Assembly (NCBI GenBank): GCA_951406725.2
Contig: OX597819.1
Location: 5,518,001-5,582,000 of the forward strand
Direction: 5' to 3'
DNA length: 64,000 bases
DNA from: Octopus vulgaris
Lineage: Eukaryota
In this document: positions 1 through 12,359 of the stretch, in pieces
Layout: the number at the start of each line of letters is the position of its first letter
Position numbering within the stretch: position 1 is the stretch's first letter
Notes under the pieces: model-generated
Databases searched by the model: none
The model's input: the letters and a program-made list of their open reading frames with translations, nothing else
Told to the model about the DNA's origin: nothing
Translations under genes and position numbers: made by a program

Positions 1-2362
1 ATCCCAGGGCCCCAATAATTACGGGTATAAACCTGAACTTGTAATCAGGATAGAGTAACTGCAGATTTTTCAATAGTTCAGCATAGGTCTCTTTTTTCAC
101 AGATCTTCGGCTTTATGTTAATATCCGCTGGGCAGCTAATTTCTACAACTGTTCACAGTTTCTCTTCTCTATCCCAAATCATTATATCAGGGCTATTGTG
201 CTTACATTTTATTGAGGTATTCATTGGTACATTCCGCCAGTATTCCTTTTCATTACGAGTGGCTATGGTTTCTACCATATTGTGGGTTCCTATTCTTGGT
301 CCTCGGGATTATCCTTCCGATGGATTTCATTATAAAGTGTCCTAGCTACAACGTCATATCTCATCGGTAGATAATACCATGATCACATTTTCGTAAAACT
401 GCTTATGATGTGGGTGATATCTTCAGTGTGAACTCCACAAAGTCTGCATCGATTGTTACATTTTACAGTTTTTCCTGCATCTCTATCCTTTTTGTGCATC
501 AGGTACTTGGTTGATATTTCCTGTTCCTGGATTGCAAACGCATACCCTTCAAAGTAATCCGGGTATTCGTCCATGATAAACTGCCTTGATGATCGATGTT
601 ACTATCATCACGAAGCTTTCTACTAACATATCCATGCATTTTCTTCTGCTCATATAGGCTCATCCTTTCATCTGATGATACGTTGCGGTAGAGTCGTGCA
701 ACTTCTTTGGGCATGTATTCTAAGTTATCAGACAAAGACTGTTGCTCAAGTCTTCGAAGTCTTATGATGTTATCAGCCTCATGTATGCAAACTTGGTCAA
801 GGGCTGCACTTCGAGTTCAAACACTACGAACACTTTGTGGGCCACTGTTTTACTGAATGCAGAGAGTTCTGAGGTCCAAATTTTCTTTATACGGCTGTAA
901 TATTCTTCAGTGACACGTGTTTTGTTACAGGTGTCATTGTAAGATATATTTCCATCCACCCCTCGATATTTGTAACATTCCTCGTCAGATACAGGGGAAA
1001 CAGTCAAATCAACGATGGAGATGTTACTTGTATGATTTATTGACTTCCCCCTTTTCACAACCATATAACAACATTTATCCTGACCAAACTCCAACCTACA
1101 TCCTTTGAGAATGTTATAACTAGGTCAAGGCTCTTTTTCATCTCATGCATATTCTTTGCATAAAGTTTTAAGTTTTAAGTTATGCACAAAGAAACAGTGT
1201 GTAATTTTGGTATCTCTGTTTCATTGTGAACCAGGGAGATACCCTTCAGGCTTCCTTAACATGAATAAGAAGGGGTTTAACAAAAAGTATAAAGAACATC
1301 ACAGAGAGGCTATCTCCTTGGAATATGCCTTTGCCATATTGTATTTTATCGGTGATAATACAGTCACTCTTCTGTGTTTAATTTCGAGATGGTGGCCCAC
1401 GATGAAGTCAGGTCAGCTATGGCTTTGACTATTGTCATTGGGACTTTAACAAGTTGAAGGGCTTCTAGCATCCACGAGTGGGAACAGTCAAAAGCTTTCT
1501 TGTAATCTAGCCACATTAAAACTAGGTTCCTCCTATGTTCCCGCACCTCTGACATCACAGTTCTGTTGATTAGCAATTGCTCGGCACATCCCCAGACTCC
1601 CTTCTTCCCATCTGCTTGTTCTGCTGTGATAATGTTATTGGTTTCACAATGGTCTTGGAGGAAGAACTTTAAACATGTTGTATATAGGCGCAGGAGTGGC
1701 TGTGTGGTAAGTAGCTTGCTTACCAACCACACAGTTCCGGGTTCAGTCCCACTGCGTGGCACCTTGGGCAAGTGTCTTCTACTATAGCCTCGGGCCGACC
1801 AAAGCCTTGTGAGTGGATTTGGTAGATGGAAACTGAAAGAAGCCCGTCGTATATATATATATGCATATATATATGTGTGTATGTGTGTTTGTGTATCTGT
1901 GTTTGTCTCCCCAACATCGCTTGACAACCGATGCTGGTGTGTTTACGTTCCCGTTACTTACCGGTTCGGCAAAAGAGACCGATAGGATAAGTACTGGGCT
2001 TACAAAGAATAAGTCCTGGGGTCGATGTGCTCGACTAAAAAGGCGGTGCTCCAGCATGGCCGCAGTCAAATGATTGAAACAAGTAAAAGATAAAAGAGAT
2101 AAAAGAGAATATCTTATACATTAAGTTGTGGCATGCAATTGGCTGGTAGTTTTTTTGCCATTTGGGTGGTTCTGCATTTGGGGATCAATTTTCTCTCTGC
2201 CAGAGCTAGCCAGTGTGGTATGCTACTGTTCCTAATGGTACAGATTGGTGAGGTATGGTCGGTAGAATATTAGCACCAATATCCAACAATTAATTCTCTT
2301 CCAATATTTTATGTCTTGGATGTAACGCAATAACTTGTTCGGATTTTTTCCAGCCACAGTTT
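1..2362 (-). mobile_element. Decayed non-LTR retrotransposon with restriction-like endonuclease (R4/Dong-type), interrupted by a SINE at 1687-2109; runs off the window start
   Basis: Minus-strand fragments: RT (NYQPIACHNLMYKI; EQADGKKGVWGCAEQLLIN; WLDYKKAFD), CCHC knuckle (CRLCGVHTEDITHIISS), RLE domain (KHNSPDIMIWD...VEISCP...IPVIIGALG at 1-250). Many stops and frameshifts. Confidence 0.85.
1687..2109 (+). mobile_element. tRNA-derived SINE family A (CORE-like domain, internal TA/TG microsatellite)
   Basis: A/B-box-like head (TGGCTGTGTGGT...GGTTCAGTCCC), CORE-like GTGGCACCTTGGGCAAGTG, A-rich tail; many near-identical copies in the window; splits the RT frame (LMYKI|YTTCL). Confidence 0.9.
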
Positions 2363-2410
2363 GTTTATATTTTGTTTCTTTGTTTCTTATAAACAATGTT
2401 AACTTCGTCG

Positions 2411-2452
2411 CTACACTGAAGAGATTCAGCTAAGACCGAAATTCGTATGTGG
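2411..2452 (+). ncRNA. Minimal type I hammerhead ribozyme motif, stem II partly degenerate
   Basis: CTACA-CTGAAGA-GATT...GACC-GAAA-TTCG-TA-TGTGG: 5-bp stem I, intact core boxes, GUA site. Confidence 0.5.
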
Positions 2453-2469
2453 GATTAGTATTTTGTTTT

Positions 2470-2883
2470 TTTACTTGATTCAGTCATTAGACTGCGGCCA
2501 TGCTGGGGCACAGCATTGAAGAAATTTTTAGTCGAATAATCGACCCCAGTGCTTAATTTGTTTTAAAGCCTGGCATTTATTCTATCATTTTCCTTTTATC
2601 TGGACTGCTAAGTTACGAGGACATAAAGACATGGTTATCAAAAGGTGGTGGGAGACAAACACAGACTGAAAGGCACGCGCGCGCGCACCCACACACGCAC
2701 GCATACACGCACACACACCCACACACGACGAGCTTCTTTCAGGTTCCGTCAACGAAATCCACTCACAAAGCTTTAGTCGTCCCGAGGATACAGTACATGA
2801 CACTTGGCTAAGGTGCCACGCTGGAGGACTGAACTCGGAACAACGTGGTTAAGAAGCAAACTTCATATCACACAGCCACGCCT
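2470..2883 (-). mobile_element. SINE family A, diverged copy
   Basis: Reverse-complement similarity to 1687-2109 over head and tail. Confidence 0.85.
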
Positions 2884-3024
2884 TTAATATCATTTTTATT
2901 ATGAAATAGATAGATTAAATACGATTCTATAGTTGAAATCGAATTATTATTTTTATGAAATAAGTAAATATTAAATTTCTCTACCTCTCACAAACATAAA
3001 ATAGATGGACAACCTACATATTCT

Positions 3025-3640
3025 TGTGTAACTTTGATAAGTTTAAAAGGTTTCGACCAGTATAGGCCCAGGCCATGTCTAACTCAATAGCACCATCTGG
3101 TGAAGTCTTTTATATATATATGGGGCACTATAGCCCAAACTAACAAAGAGTTATTATTGTTGGAGACATATCCGGGTGTAGGACATTGGTATGGAATTTT
3201 TTGAAGAAATTTGTCCAGTGAACATTTGAATTTTATGGGATCCATTTCCGTATTGACGTGTTTCGGTATGGTATTAAAGGGAGCTGGACTAATTGAGGCA
3301 AAGTAATTGTGACGTAATGTTGCTATGTGTATAGAGTTCGATTTTCGTAGTGGGGGTCCAAGTTTTGGATGGATTTTAAAATTGATGCCAACATCATTTG
3401 TGCAATATTGATGGAATATTTTCCCCATCACACAAATGATGTACCACTCCCGGCGGCGTTGGAGAGAGTAGAGATTGAGCTTTTTTAATCGACCCCAATA
3501 ATCAATGCCTCTCATTACAATTACTCCAAGATCTCTGGTGTTGTTGTATGGCACTAGTGTTGTTGAATCACCCGAGGGAAGAGCATATGGTAATTTCAGA
3601 ATTTCCTCTTCTCCAAAGTGGATCAAATCAAACTTAGAAA
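3025..3640 (-). mobile_element. CR1/L2-group LINE 3' fragment
   Basis: ORF 3084-3626: RDLGVI, DYWGRLKKLNLYSLQRRRE, FKCSLDKFL, typical post-RT region. Confidence 0.75.
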
Positions 3641-3989
3641 GCTATTTCAGATGCAGAAAGAAATGTAGTGGTGCTTGGAGCCATAGTTGGTAGTGATAAG
3701 CGTAACTGCAAAGATGGTGGTTAATGATGATGTTGTTGCAGTAGATGAGGATGATGATGATGATGATGGCGGTAGCAAACATGTCAGCCAAATTTCTAAT
3801 TCCGATTGCGTCTTCTCTTACATAACAGAAACATGTACACGTATCCATATATAGATACATAGACATGTGTGTTTATAGTCATATGTAAGGCTAGTATTTA
3901 CTTTTAAGTCATCCTAGTCATTTTAGGTATCCAAATATTACAGATTTAAACTTGAATTCATTTTCATATTTATCCAGATTTGTTAAGAA

Positions 3990-4153
3990 TAGGTGCAAGA
4001 GTGGCTGCGTAGTAAGTCGTTTGCTTCAAAACCACGTGGTTCCGGGTTCATTCCAGCTATGTGACACTTTGAACAAGAGTCTTCTACTATGGCCCTGGAT
4101 CGACCAAATCCTTGTGAGGAGATTGATTAGGTGGAAACTGAAGAAAGTCCGTC

Positions 4154-4229
<76 letters not shown>

Positions 4230-4380
4230 CTTGTTTCAGTCATTAGACTGCGGCCAGATTGAATCGATCCGAGTACTTTTTTAAAGCCTGGTACTTATTC
4301 TATCGATCTCTTTTGCCGAACCGTTATTTTACGGGGATGTAAACACACCAACACCGGTTGTCAAAGGTGGTGGTGGACAA
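3990..4380. mobile_element. SINE A head (+, 3990-4155), (TA)n, SINE A tail (-, 4228-4380)
   Basis: Similarity to the two halves of family A in opposite orientations. Confidence 0.75.
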
Positions 4381-4946
4381 CACACACGCACGCACTAGCA
4401 AACATCCTTTGATAGTTTATAAATCCTCTTAAAATCCAATAAAGTAGTTATTGTGGTCATTATACTCTACTGATCGACTGATGGGATTCCTGAAAAGCGT
4501 CTTTCCCTCTAAAGGTAACAACCGTCATATATGTAAACTCGCATTACAAAGAAAGTCGACAATTTCGTCTTGCACATATAAAATAGACTTGCATGTATAA
4601 AAATGATCGCGAAAGAATAAATTATAATTCTTCAGAATACTTTGTCTTAGCAATCAGAGTTGGATAATTAATATTTTGCGGCAATAAAATGAAGTGTATA
4701 AAGTCAAAGAATTGAATTACCAGTTAATGGGTCGTGAGTTCATGGCTTTTGCAGGTATTTCATTATCGTTGTACTGAATACTTCATTTTAAATACCTCAG
4801 CGAACCTATGGCGAATTGACAACAAAACCTTTGTTAAATATAAACCCCTCACAGATAGACATCTTTTCGAGTAAGCGTTTTTCTTTCCTAATATACTTAG
4901 CTTCATATATGCAAGAATTAATCACTGGTCTTGTTAGTCTCTGCGG

Positions 4947-5373
4947 TTGAATAAAATTGTGTTATTTAGAATTGCTACGTGTCTAAATATCCTAAACTGG
5001 GTCGGTTATTTATTGCATTTTCCAAGCGGAAACATCAAGTTTAAAATATACTTTCTTTCGCTTAACACTCCAACTTAAATCTGAAAACATTCTTTCATTA
5101 TTCAATTCTCAAATTTCAGTCCCATAGGAGTACACCACTCACCCCAACACAGTTCGTCTACGTCTTAAATTTCAAGATAATTATAGTCGATGCTAGTTCT
5201 TTTTTTGAATAAAATTGTGTTATTTAGAATTGCTACGTGTCTAAATATCCTAAACTGGGTCGGTTATTTATTGCATTTTCCAAGCGGAAACATCAAGTTT
5301 AAAATATACTTTCTTTCGCTTAACACTCCAACTTAAATCTGAAAACATTCTTTCATTATTCAATTCTCAAATT
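4947..5373 (+). repeat. ~169-bp near-identical direct duplication (4947-5115 and 5205-5373)
   Basis: TTGAATAAAATTGTGTTATTTAG...TCAATTCTCAAATT occurs twice. Confidence 0.9.
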
Positions 5374-5816
5374 ATTGCAGCGTAATTTTAAGGAGTTGAC
5401 GGGGGACCATCGCATCACCCTCGCTCTCCGTATAAAATTATTGCAGCGTAATTTTAAGGAGTTGACGGGGACCATCGCATCACCCTCGCTCTCCGTATAA
5501 AATTATTGCAGCGTAATTTTAAGGAGTTGACATTGTCTCCCTCTCCCCACTCTCCCAGTTATTGCAGCGTAATTTTAAGGAGTTGACGGGGGACCATCGC
5601 ATCACCCTCGCTCTCCGTATAAAATTATTGCAGCGTAATTTTAAGGAGTTGACGGGGGACCATCGCATCACCCTCGCTCTCCGTATAAAATTATTGCAGC
5701 GTAATTTTAAGGAGTTGACGGGGACCATCGCATCACCCTCGCTCTCCGTATAAAATTATTGCAGCGTAATTTTAAGGAGTTGACGGGGGACCATCGCATC
5801 ACCCTCGCTCTCCGTA
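5369..5816 (+). repeat. 66-bp minisatellite, about 7 units, one with a substituted 3' half
   Basis: Unit AAATTATTGCAGCGTAATTTTAAGGAGTTGACGGGGGACCATCGCATCACCCTCGCTCTCCGTATA. Confidence 0.95.
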
Positions 5817-6312
5817 ACCCCTTCCTAACAGCATTAAATTCCCTTAAAATCCATCATAGTAGTTAATGGTCTAGTCTCGCTGTTATTCTATATTTTGGCA
5901 ACGTCAGCCGTTTATAATTATAGTCTTGTCACATAGCCACAACCCTTACAATACTGTTGTTGACACCATCACTGCTACTGCAATACTAAAGCACAAATAA
6001 GACCACTTACCACCACAATACGGTCAGTATCACCATTACATTTCCATTGATATCCGCATTACTACCACCACCGCCACTACCACTGATTATAATTACTTCC
6101 ACGTGGATCATCATGGTTAAAACGTGCTCCTACACTTCTACTTTTTTTCTAACCACCCCAATAAAGATTACAGAGACCCTTAACACCAAGAGACGGATAT
6201 AATGGGAACATGGGTAGGTTTTTCAGAATGATAAACAGTTAAGTTTCACTGTTAAACTATTACTACAGAACTGGGTTGCGTTGATGGATATCAAAATATC
6301 ACATAACGCTTT

Positions 6313-6445
6313 AACTACAACAACAACAACAGCTGCAACAAAAGCAGCAGCAGCAGCAGCAGCAGCAACAAGAGCAGCAGCACCAAAAGCGTCGGTAGCA
6401 GCAGCAGCAACAGCAGTAACAACATTATCAGCAGTAGTAACCATT
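6313..6445 (+). repeat. Mixed (CAA)n/(CAG)n microsatellite
   Basis: Visible trinucleotide runs. Confidence 0.85.
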
Positions 6446-7194
6446 ACAAATAACGAAGACATCATCCTTTGCTATACAAAAATGAACCAAAAAGAAACCC
6501 CAACAACATTAGCAAATAAAACCACACACACACATACACACATACACACACAGAGCAATAGAGCATTATATAGCCTAATTAGCAATCAACGACCGCGATA
6601 ATAACCTCAAATAATATGCACACGAACCCACACCAATTAAACGCTTTCGTGAGACATTTAACAAGTCCAGCCCCCAAATGCTGCAGTGAAGAAGAGTAAA
6701 AGAGTAAAATACCTTCCCATATTTCTTCCTTTTTTCTGTGCGGTTAATAATAATTTAACAATGTTTAACGGACACTAGCTGCTTCTTGTAGAAGTAATCC
6801 AACTTGATTGAAATAGCTAATATACAAATTTTAAGGATTCTATGATTAAAATAATCAAAAGAAAGAGAATTTAGTCAAGTCAATGAATTAGGTATTTTGC
6901 TTTCTTCTCACCAACTCACCAAAACAAAAAAAGAAAAAAGAAAAAAAGGCGGCTAAGACGCAGAGGAAAACAGTCTATCAAATGAGAGATTGCAGTGATA
7001 CAAAGATATTCTGGTCGAGCGAGCGTGAATTGCCAACGATTTGATGGATGGATGTCGGAACATGTGTGGCGTAAGAGAACATGTAACAAAGACATTACTG
7101 GAGATTGCTTGAGTTAAATGCTTTCACCGAAAGGATGCTTGCGATGTAACTGTGGTCGGGATTGCAGTATAAGAAACGGTATTGGTTTTGTTCA

Positions 7195-7565
7195 GTGGAG
7201 GCACAATGGCCCAGTGGTTAGGGCAGCGGACTCGCGGTCATAGGATCGGGGTTTCGATTCCCAGACCGGGCGTTGTGAGTGTTTATTGAGCGAAAACACC
7301 TAAAGCTCCACGAGGCTCCGGCAGGAGATGGTGGTGATCCCTGCTGTACTCTTTCTCTCACTCTTCCTGTTTCTGTTGTACCGGTATTTCAAGGGGCCGG
7401 CCTTGTCACTCTCTGTGTCACGCTGAATATCCCCGAGAACTACGTTAAGGGTACACGTGTATGTGGAGTGCTCAGCCACTTACACGTTAATTTCACGAGC
7501 AGGCTGTTCCGTTGATTCGGATCAACCGGAACCCTCTTCGTCGTAACCGACGGAGTGCTTCCTTT
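7195..7565 (+). mobile_element. tRNA-derived SINE family B
   Basis: Head TGGCCCAGTGGTTAGG...GTTTCGATTCCC; flanked by TSD TATTGGTTTTGTTC; other copies at 28138, 29122, 47160. Confidence 0.9.
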
Positions 7566-8992
7566 TATTGGTTTTGTTCGCAAGATGAAAAAGTAAAACG
7601 TATGTACCTTCCGCCTAAACCAAATCTCAATCTTTTGCTTTTTTTCACTCACACACAACTCAATAGAGAAATGTAAAACTCCTAAAGTGACTGGGCCTGA
7701 TTAAACTACAAACATATATCTAAAATATCTTGGGCCCGAAGAAATCACGGTAACAACTCGTATAAGCACTTTCAAATTTACTGAATCGGAAAGCTGTGCA
7801 AAATCATAACATTTCTAAAGCCTTGTGGAAACTCGAGTCAACTTGCATAAAGGCCCATCCTCCTCCTATGACCGCCTTCAAATATTTCAAAACGGTTAGT
7901 TTTTTTTTTATATCGCTTTCCAAATCATAGTATAGATTTAGAACTCTACACAGAGCCAACACATTACTCACAATCTTAAGACAAATATCTCACCAATTTC
8001 AACTGATTTCATAAAGGAAGGAACCGTTAGATAATGCAGTTCTAGATAAATTACATACGATTGAAAGACGAGATAGTTATAAAGTACCTTTGATTCCATG
8101 TCTATCCAATTAGAACTGACCCGGGACTGAAAAGAGACATTAACAAAGATAAGAATCTACATAATTGTCAATGAGAACCATTGGTCGAAGAATTACCCCT
8201 TTTAGTTGGCAGAGTTCTTCAAAGAGGGATTAAAATCCAACAAAAATATATGCAGAAGTTCAAAATTATTATTGCTACATTCTAGGGTAGACAGTAACAA
8301 CAACATGAACATTGGTACAAGGCCACAAACTGGAAGTGGAGATGTACATTACTGATTCAATAACAGCATATAAATGATAAATTATTGATCTCCGAAGAGA
8401 TGAAAAGTCGATCTGGCAGAATTTTAAACTGTAGAAGGAAATAAATAATCTAAGGTAAAATAATTTTCTGTCTTTAACAGTCTGCGACACTTTCTACCAA
8501 GTCAAAGAGGAGGTATGCTATGTGATCTTTCGAACTGCTAAAAATAGCAGCCAAATGTCCTCATATTATATTCTTAAATGCGGGAAACATTGGAAAACAT
8601 AACGAGGCGGAATAGTCTCGGTCGGAACACCTTTGATCATAAGTCTATTCATTATACCTGCCACCAGCAACAAAATAACTGCAACAATTGCTCTGCCGAG
8701 CCAACAACGGTGTTTCGCATGCAGTTTATCGATTTAAACCATATCCTATCATCTTTGAAATAGCAAATCAGTATCTCTCAAATCTAACTACTATCTCACC
8801 TCTCAAATCTAAAACTGTCTCAAAAATCGTTTAATATACTGGGCAGCTCAGACCTAGACATATCATAAAAAAACTGGATGACCACATTTAAAATGCCGTT
8901 TGGCCAATAAAAACTTTTCACAAAATGCCATGATAGTTGAACCTGACGCATGCGTGAAAGGCAAACTTCAAGTGACTACTCGACAAGTGTAC

Positions 8993-9038
8993 TTCTGACT
9001 GACAGGGCACGACATATCGAAACACCAGTGTCTCAGAA
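8993..9038 (+). ncRNA. Degenerate type I hammerhead motif
   Basis: Stem I TTCTGA/TCAGAA, CTGACAG (G8A9 altered), GAAA, stem III ACAC/GTGT, GUC site. Confidence 0.45.
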
Positions 9039-9262
9039 TCCCTTTAATAATGAATCAGATGTGTTATGAACACATATTCATCGTAAAGAAACTGTTCTCC
9101 TGTGACGAATACAACAGCGATTAGCATAGTTACTTTCGAATCTGCCGGAACGTGTTAAGAGTAAATATGCAAGCCATCGTTCTGAATCTCGCTGTTCACC
9201 GTGTGTATGACGATTTATTATCGGTTGGCATGGCTCAGTGGACAGTTTATCCGCTGAAATCA

Positions 9263-9660
9263 TCATAATAATAATAATGAAATTATTGTATACAGTGCTC
9301 AGGTGCACCACAACTTGTCAGAAAGTGCATATAAAGTACATGCAGTAATGTACAAATGTCTGGAAAGCGAACAATGCATGAGTCAGATAGATGCTTGCGT
9401 GTGTATGGAGGGGAGACAATCAGGTGTAGTGTTGGCGAATCTCAGGAAGCATGGAAGTTTTGAAGGATGCAGTGCTCCGACAACTAACAACTGATGCCGG
9501 CAGTTTGTTCCATGCTTCAGCAACTCTCAGCGTGAAAAAATGTTTCCTGAAGTCATGGGAGCTGTGCTGTTTTCTGACTTTGTAAATATGTCCACGGGTG
9601 TTAGATGGGTGGAGTTTGAAAAGGTGCTCAGAGTTATTGTTTGTACGATGGTTGATAAGG
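9263..9660 (-). mobile_element. CR1-type LINE 3' end
   Basis: NTRGHIYKVRK...RKHFFTLRVAEAWNKLPASVV...FK motif and (ATT)n tail. Confidence 0.85.
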
Positions 9661-10002
9661 TTATCGGCTCTTATTTGAATCATCGGCCCGGAGTGGGAGA
9701 GGCTTCTGGCTGACGAAATATCATAGTCCTAGAAACCTTGGTATTAACAACTCATGAATTGAGTGTGTTATGAAAACACATTCATCGTAAAGGTAATGTT
9801 TTTCTGTGATGAACACGACAATGATTTGCATACCTACGTTCGAATCTGTCGACATGTGTTAAGAATAAATATGCAAGTTATCTCTTTGAAGCTCGTTTTT
9901 CATTGCAAAACAATTCACAATTTATTACAGATTCCTTGTTTGTAAGTTAATTGTAGTTTTCCGTCAGGAGAATTGTTGAAGAAAACTGGAATAAGAGGCT
10001 CC

Positions 10003-10405
10003 CATGGCTGTGTGGTAAGTAGCTTGTTTACCAACCACATGGTTCCGGGTTCAGTCCCACTGCGTGGCACCTTGGGCAAGTGTCTTCTACTATAGCCTCG
10101 GGCCGACCAAAGCCTTGTGAGTGGATTTGGTAGACGGAAACTGAAAAGAAGCCCGTCGTATATATGTATATATGAGTGTGTGTGTTTGTGTGTCTGTGTT
10201 TGTCCCCCTAGCATTGCTTGACAACCGATGCTGGTGTGTTTACGTCCCCGTTACTTAGCGGTTCGGCAAAAGAGACCAATAGAATAAGTACTGGGCTTAC
10301 AAAAAGAATAAGTCCCAGGGTCGAGTTGCTCGATCAAAGGCGGTGCTCCAGCATGGCCGCAGTCAAATGACTGAAACAAGTAAAAGAGTAAAGAGAGTAA
10401 AAGAG
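10003..10405 (+). mobile_element. SINE family A
   Basis: Near-identical to 1687-2109. Confidence 0.9.
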
Positions 10406-11577
10406 TATTGTAGGAAGGGTTAGTCTAGGGTGCTGAATATTACGGCGCCGGTCTCTTTGTTCCTATTGGGGAGAAGAAAAAAGAAGAAAGAACGTACATA
10501 ATACATCCTTGTACTCAATGAATACAGTTAACACAAAAGGAATCACCAATGTTGATATGCAATACATATATTGACTAAAATAATTTATAGATGCCTTCAA
10601 ACTTTTCCCACAGGGCAAAATAAAATATAACATCAATTGCACAACTGAAATAACCAACTCAACAACAGTTGAGACAACCACAAACAATACATCAATCAAA
10701 CACACAATAGAAATATATAAACCAGCCAACGAAGGGGCCTCTAAGAGGCTACTCGAATTGCTAGAAATAGTAACCAAATCTCTCAAACCATATCCTATCA
10801 TCTTCTGTAAATAAAGATTGGGTATAGATAATGTGCCTTACATAGCTCTAAAATAAGGCATGGTTATGGTTGGAACGGATGGCACCATAGGTATGCTCGT
10901 CCAACAAATATATTTACATTACATTTATTTTTAATGTTTGGATATCTTATTTCTGATCCTGAATTTTTCTTCAAAAATTGCTATAATTTATTTATATAAC
11001 AGCTAAAATATCAAATAGCTAATACGTTGTGTAAAAACAACATATATCAGAGAAATAAAAACAAGAAACATGAGAATGGGATGAGTGGACAAACATAGAT
11101 TTAAGATGAAATGAATAAATATATATCAGGTTTGGGCAGAAAATATACTCTGTTATAATGAGACCATTCGGAATCAGTAACTACCCCTGTTAACCTCAAA
11201 GCCAAATACAACCCATGTGGAACAAATCTGAATCACGCTAAAATCAAACAGTAAAGAAACTTAACTCAAAGTTTGATGACAGAACCAGAATTTGGCAAAT
11301 TAATAAAGCGAAAATTGACATGGTGTAAGAGCACTATTCTTTATAGGATATAGGTATTGACAGTCATAACAACCACACTCGTTGGGGCTTAACTAAATAC
11401 AAATGATGGTAAATTCATTATTGAATAATATCATCAACCAATAGGCACTAATTTTCCTGGTCATCTATTTTGAAATACGGTGCAGAGTCCACAGCTGTTT
11501 GTATCATAATATGGCACTGGACGGATGGTGGGATAATATGAATGACTAAAGCGAGGGCTTATGGGTGAGCTATGTAA

Positions 11578-11836
11578 AAATAAATAAATGCGCCCTTTTA
11601 AAGCCTATCCAGGCTTATGGGCCCGGTTTCCCGGTTTCAATGGCGTATGTGTTCCCCAGCTGGACGGGACGCCAGTCCATCGTAGCGTTACTTATTTTTG
11701 CCAGCTGAGTGGACAGGAGCAACGTGAAATGAAGTGTTTTGCTCAAGAACACAACGCGTCGCCCGGTCCAGGAATCGAAACAACAATCTTACGATCATGA
11801 TGCTGGCACCCTAACCACTAAGCCACGCGCCTCCAC
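11578..11836 (-). mobile_element. tRNA-derived SINE family D
   Basis: Minus strand: GTGGCTTAGTGGTTAGG...GTTTCGATTCCTGG head, TTGTGTTCTTGAGCAAAACACTT CORE-like block, CGATGGACTGGCGTCCCGTCCAG block, (ATTT)n tail. Confidence 0.75.
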
Positions 11837-11959
11837 CATTATCATGTACATCGCGATGTTTTCTTTTTCGTGGTTAGAAGGTGTATGAGTGCATTTGCTG
11901 AAAATTCAATAATTGAAACTATAATTTGGTCTTAACAGTTTTCAAATTAAATAATTTTA

Positions 11960-12340
11960 TCTTTTACTTGTTTCAGTCATTAGACTGCAGCCATGCCGGG
12001 GCCACTGCCTTGAAGAATATATGGTAGATTGTATTGAACCCAGTACTTACTTTTTTTTTTAAAGCCTGATAATTATTCTATGGGGGACGTAAATACACCA
12101 GCAGCGGTTGTTAAGTGGTTGTGGTGGTAGTGGGGACAAACACAGACTCAGACACACAAACACACACTCATACATATGAAGGGTTTCTTTTCTGCTTATC
12201 TACCGAATCTACTCACAAGGCTTTGGTCGGCCCGAGGCTATAGTAGAAGACACTTGCCCAAGGTGCCACGCAGTGGGAGTGAATTTTGAACCCAAGTGGA
12301 TGGGAAGCAAGCTACTTGTCACACAGCCAAGCCTGAGCCT
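11960..12340 (-). mobile_element. SINE family A, diverged
   Basis: Reverse-complement similarity to family A. Confidence 0.8.
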
Positions 12341-12359
12341 ATATTATTTCAAATTTAGA

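Noticed and set aside
5369-5816. CRISPR-like repeat/spacer look of the 66-bp array
   Set aside because: All but one inter-repeat segment are essentially identical, there are no cas genes, and the context is eukaryotic: a minisatellite.
6223-6601. Ala/Thr-rich ORFs and the many [12 protein letters not shown] ORFs in the track
   Set aside because: Translations of microsatellites and SINEs.
7195-7270. tRNA-like A/B boxes at SINE heads
   Set aside because: Continuous with SINE bodies and TSDs; not tRNA genes.
7990-8450. Possible ancient LINE RT traces (also ~11200-11490)
   Set aside because: Only isolated degenerate motifs; too weak to call without an HMM search.
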